Shown in pieces: positions 1 through 7,739 of a stretch of DNA of 11,173 bases; the first letter of the stretch is position 1; each line of letters starts with the position of its first letter. This DNA is from Fonticula alba ATCC 38817 (lineage: Eukaryota > Protista > Nucleariida). The stretch lies in the NCBI GenBank assembly GCA_000388065.2, contig KB932202.1; one strand, 5' to 3'. A program made the position numbers and the translations under genes. The notes below the pieces were generated by a model, which was not told the DNA's origin, made no database searches, and worked only from the letters and a program-made list of their open reading frames with translations.

Positions 1-185
1 GGGGGGGAGGGGGCGAGAGACACCGACAGCAGGGAGGAGACACAGCGCGACAGACAGGCAGGGGGTCGCGTCAGTGGGGGGTGCGGTGGGAGGCATTCAC
101 GGACAGCCGGGATGGGTGGAACTCCCCGAGAAGGAGGGGGGGGGGCAGGCAGGAAGGGGCAAAATGGAAAGGGGGAAAAGCGCAC

Positions 186-1090
186 CCGGTGACTGGAAGA
201 GCAGCACACCCTCGATCGGCTCGACGTCGTCCCAGTGGCCGGGCTCCGTGTGCACCGGCGCATCGACAAAGTTCCCCGCCACCAGGACCGGATGCTTGGC
301 CAGGTACTCATCCACGGTGACAACATTCTCGAAGCCATACGCCCGGGCCGAGCGCAGCGCAAACTCCGACGTCCAGGCCACCGCCAGCACGCGCTTCTTG
401 GCCCAGCCGTGGTGCGTGACCAGCGACCGCATCGGCGTCGAGGCGATGACCACCGCGTCCTCCGGCAGGGTGTAGGCCGCGGCCGCCGGGCTGGCTGCCT
501 CGGTGTGCGCCTCGTCGGCCACATAGCTCCGGACCATGTCCTGGATCTCGCGCGCCTTCTCGGCCTCCAGGATCCCGGTGCCATTGGTGATCAGGACGTG
601 CGGGATGCGGTGGTGCTGCAGCGCGGCCAGCACCTCCGGGGACCCGGGGATCGGGTTGCTGGCACCGCCGCGGAAGAGGACCCCGTCGACATCGAGGGCG
701 AAGGCGAAGTCCACCGGCGGCGCGGGGGCGCTAGGGGACATGCTATGGTGGTGGTGGTGGTGGTGGTGGTGGTGGTGGTGGTGGTGNNNNNNNNNNNNNN
801 NNNNNNNNNNNNNNNNNNNNNNNNNNNNNNNNNNNNNNNNNNNNNNNNNNNNNNNNNNNNNNNNNNNNNNNNNNNNNNNNNNNNNNNNNNNNNNNNNNNN
901 NNNNNNNNNNNNNNNNNNNNNNNNNNNNNNNNNNNNNNNNNNNNNNNNNNNNNNNNNNNNNNNNNNNNNNNNNNNNNNNNNNNNNNNNNNNNNNNNNNNN
1001 NNNNNNNNNNNNNNNNNNNNNGTGTGAGAAAGAGGGAAGGAGAGAGAGAGAGGCGATGGGCAGGGCGGGTGCGTACTCGGTGATAGTCAT
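186..1090 (-). CDS. HDHD5: HAD-superfamily hydrolase, class IIA, CECR5/HDHD5-like (3'-partial). Exons 1090-1077 (14 nt, tentative) and 742-186; continues beyond the left edge after an intron starting at 185
   Basis: Translation FAFALDVDGVLFRG (HAD motif I DxDG) and VLITNGTG (motif II), plus RVLAV and AYGFENVVT segments typical of the CECR5 family. Donor G|GTGCGC at 185 and branch-like ACTGAC at 75-70. Upstream ATG ACT ATC ACC GA|GTACGC (phase 2) joins in frame to acceptor CATAG|C ATG at 743, giving MTITDMSPSAP. Confidence 0.85.
746..786. repeat. (TGG)13+ microsatellite, (CCA)n on the gene strand, at the 3' end of HAD intron 1; cut off by a gap
   Basis: Read directly; abuts the N-gap 787-1021. 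Confidence 0.95.
787..1021. other. Assembly gap (235 N) inside predicted HAD intron 1
   Basis: N run. Confidence 1.
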
Positions 1091-1499
1091 TGGAGGGGGC
1101 AAAGGGGGAAAAGAGGGAGGGGGGGGGGGGATGGTGTACGGGGAACGGCCCCGCCGCCGGCCCAGTCAAGACGCCGCCCGAAAAGCCCGACATCAAACGA
1201 TCGGAACATGCCCAGCCCAGTCATCTCTCTCCCCCGCCTGTTCTCCCCCCCGTCCCGGGGGGGGGGGGGGAGGGGGCGGGGGACTGACAACGTGCACGAC
1301 AAAAGAAGACACATTTCCGCGCCTTCTCTGGAGGCCCGGGCCGCCAGCCCGATCGGCCTTGGACTCGCCGACCGATGGCCCCCCCCCCCCCTGCCCCCAT
1401 CTTCTTCAGGGGGGGGGGACGCGGCGTGCCGGGATCTCCACCAAGGCGCCGCGGCCCCAAAAAGTGAAGGAAAAGGCCGGGACGAACAGAGAACACAGA

Positions 1500-1505
1500 T
1501 TTATA
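1500..1505 (-). terminator. Possible polyadenylation-signal-like TATAAA about 20 nt after the TFIIIA-like stop
   Basis: AT-rich patch TGTGTATAAATCTGTG on the minus strand in otherwise GC-rich DNA; supported by position only. Confidence 0.3.
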
Positions 1506-1526
1506 CACATGCCAACGAACGGCTCG

Positions 1527-1778
1527 TCAGATCGCGCGCTTCGCCGGGGCCCCTGCCAGCGGGGAGGATGCCGCCTCGTCGGAGGCGGCTGTCGGCGATC
1601 CCCCCCCGTCCCAGCCGGGCGAGGACTCCCGGGTGATGGCCATGCGCTCGGCCTCCAGTGCGTCGACTGGCGCCAGGCCGGCCAGCGAGAGGAGCAGCCG
1701 AACATCTTGCTGGTCGCCGCGCAGCTCCTGCAGCTCGGACAGAGCTGCCCGCTAACCGGCGTCAGGGGAGGCGCGCGC

Positions 1779-1819
<41 letters not shown>

Positions 1820-3279
1820 TATGTGAAGGGGGGGGGGGCGGATCATGTCCGATACTGGGGGCGCGTATTCTATGGCCCGCAGCAGGGCCGAAAGGGGGCA
1901 GGTGGAAGCAAGCCCACGCCAGTGCGCACCTCCTGCCGAAGCTTGGCCGCGGCCTGCCGGCGAGTGTTCTTCTCCTTCGAGTGGTAGTTCTTCAAGTGCT
2001 GGCGCAGGTTGCGCGGCTGATTGGCGACATGCCGCAGACGGGTGCGTTTGGCCCGAGAGGATGGCAGAGCGACGAGCGTCAACACGAGTACCAGGTGCGT
2101 CCACTTCTGGCGGAGACACATCCCCCGCCTCCCCCCCCCCCCCCCCACACACAAGCAGAGACACACGCATGGGGGCGATCGCGCCGACACGCACCGTGGT
2201 GAAGGAGCGCCCGCAGCCCGGCTCCGTGCAGGGGAGCAGCGGCCGGGTGGGGTTGTGGATTTGGTAGTGCGCTCGCAGGGCCTTGTAGTTGGGGAAGACC
2301 CGCGCACACACCTCGCATGTGCCGGGCACATGCGTGTGCACGTTCTTCACATGCTCGCGCATGGTCGACCAGTTTTGGAAGGCCAGCCCGCAGGCGGGAT
2401 CGAAATCACACACATACTGCGGGCTGTCTGCGTGGCGGCACACATGCGGGCGTCGCCTCCCATGTCAGCAGCCAGGCGCATGATTGGGCGAGATGGGGGA
2501 GGGGGGGGGGGGGGGGGGGGGAAAAAGAAAAGAAGAAAAAGCATCCCCCCCGCCCCCGCCCCCCGTGGCCCTCGCGTCGTGCGGGGTACATGGCCGTACC
2601 GGAGTGGATCTTCTGGACATGCCGGGCCAGCTTGCTGGGGGTGGAGAAGGACCGATCGCACCCGGCACAGGGGTATGGCAGTCGGCCGGCGTGGGCTTCG
2701 GCCAGATGCCGGCGCAGGTGCTGCTGCTTGGAGAAGGCCTCGCCGCAGGGGCGCATCGGGCCAGGGGTGTCGGCCTCCGAAGGGGCGGAGTCCGACTCGG
2801 TCTCAGGGGCGTCGCCCTCCACCGGGACCGGCACATCGCACACAAAAGGCCGCGGGTCCGAGTGGAGGTTCTCATGCCGGCGCAGGTGCGCCTGCGACTT
2901 GAAGGACGCATCGCACTGCGTACAGGCAAAGGGCCGCGCGTCTTGGTGCACCAGCGAGTGCCGGCGCAGGTGTGTCGCCCGGATGAAGGACCGGCCGCAG
3001 TCGGGCTCCGGGCAGGTGAACGGCCGGTCCGACTCGTGAGACAGCAGGTGTTCCTTCAGACGCGATGGCTTGGGGAAGTCGCGCTCGCACCCGGGGTGCG
3101 GGCACCGGAGGCCCAGGTGCGCCGGGTCCGCCGCCTGCGGCCCGACCCGGGCACGCTTCGCGGCCGGACTGCCCGCCATCGCCGCATGCGGGCGCTTGCG
3201 TTCCGGTGTCCGCGGCGCGCGGAGCGTGCGCAGCACGCGCACCGGGGGCGGCGATGGCGATGGCGATGGCGATGGCGAT

Positions 3280-3312
<33 letters not shown>

Positions 3313-3428
3313 CACGCCGGGGCCTGGCCGCCATGTGAAGAGGTGCTGGACGAGGGACCGGCCCCGACGCCGGGCCCAGCCCCGGCCGGGGGGGCTATCG
3401 ATGGCCCGGGATCCGGCGAGGGGACCAT
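1527..3428 (-). CDS. GTF3A: C2H2 multi-zinc-finger protein, TFIIIA-like (5S rRNA gene factor), about 457 aa, 8 fingers. Exons 3428-2600, 2427-2195, 2016-1930, 1751-1527
   Basis: Fingers: CPHPGC..H..SH, CPEPDC..H..VH, CTQC..H..LH, C-x30-C..H..AH, CAGC..FSTPSKLARH..IH, CDFDPAC..FQNWSTMREH..VH, CEVC..H..IH, CTEPGC..FTT|PRNLRQH..YH. HESDRPF and HQDARPF linkers. The PSKL (finger 5) and WS (finger 6) signatures and a C-terminal LLLSLAG motif resemble TFIIIA/PZF1. Donors GTACGG, GTGCGT and GTGCGC and acceptors CAG, CAG and TAG are phase-consistent (829+233+87+225=1374 nt, ending in TGA). The C2H2 call is very safe; TFIIIA orthology is inferred. Confidence 0.75.
1771..1817. repeat. (GC)5(GT)18 alternating purine-pyrimidine microsatellite in TFIIIA-like intron 3
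   Basis: Read directly. Confidence 0.95.
3250..3312 (-). repeat. Coding hexamer repeat (GGCGAT)5(GGCGAC)5 encoding (Pro-Ser)10
   Basis: Read directly; in frame in exon 1 of the zinc-finger gene. Confidence 0.95.
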
Positions 3429-3875
3429 CGCACCGGTGGCTAACGCAGGAGAGCGAAGGAAGAGCGGAGGGACGAACAAGGGGCGAGGGCGAGGGGGTGG
3501 GGGGAGAGATGGGTGCCCCCCCCGGCCCGGGGATCGAGGCTGAACACCTCGCTCGCCCTTGAGGGGGCCGGGGTGCGGGAGGAGGGGCGGCGGAGGCGAG
3601 AGAAGGGGGTTCGTGCCATCCGCTCGCCGGGGCGCGCGCGTGCACCCCCGACCAGCTGCCCACGGATGAGCCCATGCGGCGGGGTATCACGCGGCCCGGC
3701 GTCGGTCCGGCCCGGGTGCCAAGTGGGCCCAGCCCGGAGCCGGGGAGGCCGCGCGGCGATCTCCATTGCCCCCTCCCTGTCCCCCTTTGCCCCCCCCCCC
3801 CCCTCCCCCCCTCCTTGCCAGCCTTCGCCGCTCCCTCGCTCCTCTCCTCCCCTCCGTCCATCGTCGCCGCAAGAG
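3429..3875. promoter_or_regulatory. Putative bidirectional promoter and 5'UTRs between the TFIIIA-like gene and FCF2
   Basis: 447 nt between divergent ATGs. It is C/T-rich next to each ATG on that gene's own sense strand. Confidence 0.6.
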
Positions 3876-4837
3876 ATGTCTCACTTCCTGCCGAAGAGGT
3901 GCGCCCGACGCCTTGCTTCCCTGCTCTCCGACGCCCCCCGCCCCCGCCCCCCCCCATGCACATGCCCATGCCCATGCCCATGTCTATGCCCGGCACACGC
4001 TGACTCCCTCGCCCGTCCCCCTCCCTCCAGCTGTCGGTACCTGGCGACCAATGATGCGGAGCGCTTTTACTCGTCACTGCGCTTCCCGATGCCGGTCTCC
4101 GAGAGCGGCGAGTCGGCCCCTTCGTACCTGCACACTGGCACTGACGGGCTGGTCCACCTGAACAGCTATCTCATCGGCCGGGTAGAGGACGAGGTATGTT
4201 CCCCTGCGAGCTGGGTGTCCGCGTGCCCCTCGCCGCTGCCCGGTGGCCGGCGGTCCATGCCGGCCCGACGTGGGCCCCTTGCTGACTTTTCCCCCCCCTT
4301 GCNNNNNNNNNNNNNNNNNNNNNNNNNNNNNNNNNNNNNNNNNNNNNNNNNNNNNNNNNNNNNNNNNNNNNNNNNNNNNNNNNNNNNNNNNNNNNNNNNN
4401 NNNNNNNNNNNNNNNNNNNNNNNNNNNCCCCCCCGCCGCCGGCCACACAGCCCTCCGACACCCTGAAGACGCACTTCGGCATGCGGTCGCCGGAGCTGAC
4501 GCCGGAGATGCGCCGCGACCTGCAGGTGATCCGCATGCGTGCGTACCTCGACCCGAAGCTGCACTACGGCCGGGAGAGCCGCAAGCTGCCGAAGCACTTC
4601 CAGATGGGCACGGTCATCGGCGGAGCCACGGGCTACTACCGGCGCCTGACCCGGCGTCAGCGGGCCACCAGCCTGGTGGACAGTGTCCTGGGCGACACCC
4701 GGACCGCCAGCTATCTGAGGTCGCGCTTCACCCAGGCCCAGCAGCACAAGTCCCAGCAAGCGCGCAGCGCCAAGCACCAGCTGACCAACGCCGGGAAACG
4801 CCAGCAGCACAAGCGCTTCAAGCAGGGAAAGCAGTGA
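3876..4837 (+). CDS. FCF2: Fcf2 pre-rRNA (18S) processing protein, Fcf2/DNTTIP2 domain, about 190 aa. Exons 3876-3898, 4031-4193, 4451-4837 (an extra exon could lie in gap 4303-4427)
   Basis: HFGMRSPELTPEMRRDLQVIRMRAYLDPKLHY..KLPKHFQMGTVIGG..YY.RLTRRQR..SLVDSVL matches the Fcf2 domain pattern. Donors AG|GTGCGC and GAG|GTATGT, branch sites GCTGAC (about 3999 and 4281), and acceptors CCAG and ACAG are phase-consistent. Confidence 0.9.
3953..3988 (+). repeat. Six degenerate (CCCATG) units in FCF2 intron 1
   Basis: cccatg cacatg cccatg cccatg cccatg tctatg. Confidence 0.85.
4303..4427. other. Assembly gap (125 N) inside FCF2 intron 2
   Basis: N run. Confidence 1.
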
Positions 4838-4998
4838 GAGGTGGCGGTCTCGCCGTGTGGCCCCCCGTCCGCCGGTCGGTTGGTTCTCCCCCCGCCCCCC
4901 CCCCCCCGGCACACAGCCGCCCGTATCTTGTTACATGTATTCTCAAAGGCTGGGACTGGGCGCGGTGCTGGCGACAGCAAAAGCGCGCACAGGCGCGA

Positions 4999-7739
4999 CT
5001 ACTTGCCGTGGTCCGATGGCGGGCCGGCGCCGCCGCCGGCGCCGCCACGGCCCGCGGGGGCGCCGGCCTCGCTCTTGGTGCCGACACCGCCGGACACCGT
5101 GGCCCCGGTGCGCTTGACCTTCTTCACCACGCGAACAATGCGCGCACGGCTGGAGCATGCGTGGTACGCCAGGGACCGGGTCTTGAGCAGCGAGTCCACC
5201 ACGGACTCCGAAGCGGCCATGCTCCGCAGGCACAGGTGCGTCAAGGAGGCCAGGGCGGCCGGGTCGCGCACGAAGTTCGCCTTGGCCAATGCCTCGCCGG
5301 CCAGCGGCGGCGGCGGCGACAGCGGCCCCAGCCCCGCCCCCACCGGGTCGCTGAGGATCTCGGCCAAGCGCGGCACCGTCTGGAGGGCGGCCTCGGCCGA
5401 GGCGGCGGCCCCGCGAGCCCGGCCGCCCGGGGCGGCGGCGGCGGCGACGGCGGCGGCGGCCTCGGCCCCGGCGGCGCGCAGCGCGCGGGTCACCTCCTCC
5501 GGCGAGGGGAGCGGGCGCCGGCGGTCCGCCGGCGAAAAGAGCGGCCCATTGGTGTAATCCCCGGCCAGGGTCCGGTACAGGCGCCGGACGGCCCCGCGCA
5601 TGTCGTTGTTCCGCTCGATGAACTGGATGGTTTCGGCGTTGAGGGCGTCCAGGTCGCGCGAGCGCAGGGCCGACATGACCGGGGCCCGGGTGTTCACATG
5701 GGCCAGCTGGTCGGGCAGCTGGGTGGCCAGGTTGAGGCTGATCTCCGGCAATTGGTCGGCATTGGCGATGTCATCCAGCAGCGGCAGGGCCAGGGCGCTG
5801 CCCTCCGGCAGGATGAGCCGCCGCGGCAGCAGCCGCGGGATGTGGTTGAACTCCGGCGGGGACCGGCCCTCGGCGTCGCGGCCGAGGAAGAGCCGTGCCC
5901 GGGCCTGGCGCTCGGAGGCCGCCGCCCCGGCTGCGATGATGTGGTTCGGGTCCGAGGAGCTGACCGACAGGGCGATGGACAGGGGGCTCGAGGCGGCCGG
6001 GCGTTCGGCCGCCGGCTGGCGGAGCAGGAGGCCCGGCTCCAGCGACCCCGCGGCATGGGGGTCCGGGTCCGTGCCGCGAAGTTGCCGCGCGAGCTTGGCT
6101 GCGCTCCCAAAGGGGGGGGGGCAAAAAAAGTGGTCAGTCACGGTGTCGACATTGCCCGCGGCCGTGTGGCGTCTTACTCCCGCCTCTGCTCCTCCCCATG
6201 CGGGAGGGGGAGGGGGGGGGGGAAGGCCAGGAGCAAGGGCCCGGCCCGGCCGCCCGCACGCACCGAGATTGCTGAAGGCCGGCAGGGAGAGGAGGTCGTC
6301 CGGGTCCGGCTCACCGGGCCGGGAGGCCTCCGGCCGGGGCTGGTTCGACAGCTGTGTGCTGAATTTGCTCAAGTCCAAGAAGCGTGGCGGCACACCGGGA
6401 TACGGGGAGGTGATGTGGAAAACGGAGAAGGACGGCTCGGCCGCCGGGTCGGCCGGCGCCGGCAGGACATTGGTCACCAGCGGCTGGCCGATGATCGGCA
6501 AATTGGGGACCATGCTGGGGACCGGCGGCCCGGGGGCGGGGGCCGGCGAGGAGGACACACTGCGCGCGGGCTTCTTGCTGGCCGGCGCGGCCTTGCGCTT
6601 GGGGGCTTGCGAGGCGCCGGCCGCGGCATTTGGCGCCTGCGTGCCCTGCGACTGGGCCCCCGGCTGCGAGGCGCTCTTGGGGCGCTTGGCGGCCGGGGCG
6701 TCGGACGCGGAGGCGCCGGATTTTCTGGAGCCCGAGGCAGAGACAGGGGGTTAGTGCTGGGTGTGCGTGCATGCGCGGCTTTGTCCTGCTTCTTTTTTTT
6801 CCGGCGACTTTGTCCCTGTCGCCGGGGGCGCGTCCGACACTTTCCCCCGGCGCAGGAAGGGGGCCAAGCCGCAGAGGGAGCAGGCGAGGGGGCGGGGGGA
6901 CATGTCCGACGCGTGGTACCAAGCCCGGGAACGTACTGGTCGGCGGAGGCCGAGGAGGCGGGGCGCTTTTTGGAGGAGGTTTCCTTGGCGCGCGAGGGGG
7001 CCGCGGTGCCCGAGCCCCCGGAGGCGGCAGCCTTGCCACCCTCATTGCGGGCCTTGGGGCCAGGAGCGCCGCCAGAGGCCGACCCGGCCGGGGGGCCCGT
7101 CGCAGGGGCCGTACCCGAGGAGGCTGACGCCGGGGCCGCGCCGCCGGCCGCGGAAGCGGCGGCACCGCCCTTCGGGGCCTTCGGCCCGGCCGACTTGTCG
7201 GCCTTCGCCGTCGGCTTCGGCGGCCGGGGCTTCTTGTCGACGCGGGACAGCTTTTCGGTCAGCGTGGAGAGAGCCCGCTCGTGTGTGTGGGGAGGGCCCT
7301 GCTGACACCAGGCGTGGGGAGGGGGGGGNNNNNNNNNNNNNNNNNNNNNNNNNNNNNNNNNNNNNNNNNNNNNNNNNNNNNNNNNNNNNNNNNNNNNNNN
7401 NNNNNNNNNNNNNNNNNNNNNNNNNNNNNNNNNNNNNNNNNNNNNNNNNNNNNNNNNNNNNNNNNNNNNNNNNNNNNNNNNNNNNNNNNNNNNNNNNNNN
7501 NNNNNNNNNNNNNNNNNNNNNNNNNNNNNNNNNNNNNNNNNNNNNNNNNNNNNNNNNNNNNNNNNNNNNNNNNNNNNNNNNNNNNNNNNNNNNNNNNNNN
7601 NNNNNNNNNNNNNNNNNNNNNNNNNNNNNNNNNNNNNNNNNNNNNNNNNNNNNNNNNNGGGCGGCAGGGGCCGGGAAAGGGCTGTCCTGGTGTGGCGTGC
7701 GCACTCTCACGCCGGGGGGGGGCGGGGCGCGCCCGACAT
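4999..7739 (-). CDS. Hypothetical protein, more than 640 aa, probably nuclear. Exons 7298(or 7301)-6937, 6724-6264, 6098-4999; tentative first exon 7739-7711; exon(s) probably hidden in gap 7329-7657
   Basis: Long open frames with GC3-biased codons. Donors CA|GTACGT (6936) and G|GTGCGT (6263), branch sites CTAAC (about 6750) and ACTGAC (about 6135), and acceptors CCAG and GCAG are phase-consistent. Stop TAG at 5001-4999. K/R clusters include KKRP, KRPK, KRK..KK and RVVKKVKR. The tentative exon 1 (phase 2) does not match the 7298 acceptor (phase 0), so the 5' model is incomplete. Confidence 0.75.
7329..7657. other. Assembly gap (329 N) in the 5' part of the hypothetical gene
   Basis: N run. 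Confidence 1.

Noticed and set aside
746-786. Poly-His N-terminus (CAC)n in frame with the HAD Met at 741
   Set aside because: Better explained as the 3' end of an intron (TAG acceptor, phase match with the upstream micro-exon). It cannot be fully excluded because of the gap.
1840-1880. 5S rRNA loop-E-like words (GAATAC, AGTA) in TFIIIA intron 3, considered as a plant-type 5S mimic
   Set aside because: The order is reversed relative to 5S, and the flanking bases cannot form the required helices.
3429-3479. ORF-track start MFVPPL for the zinc-finger gene
   Set aside because: It is a TTG start called under prokaryotic rules. The first in-frame ATG is at 3428.
1290-3644. CGTGCAC shared by the HAD upstream region (about 1291) and the TFIIIA/FCF2 spacer (about 3638)
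   Set aside because: Two copies of a GC-rich 7-mer are within chance expectation at this base composition.
4243-7305. 1020-aa plus-strand ORF, and other long ORFs such as 8991-10763, 6761-8218, 2872-4077 and 235-1083
   Set aside because: These are antisense or off-frame shadows of real genes in very GC-rich DNA where stops are rare. They cross N-gaps and introns and give Arg/Gly/Pro-rich translations with no motifs.
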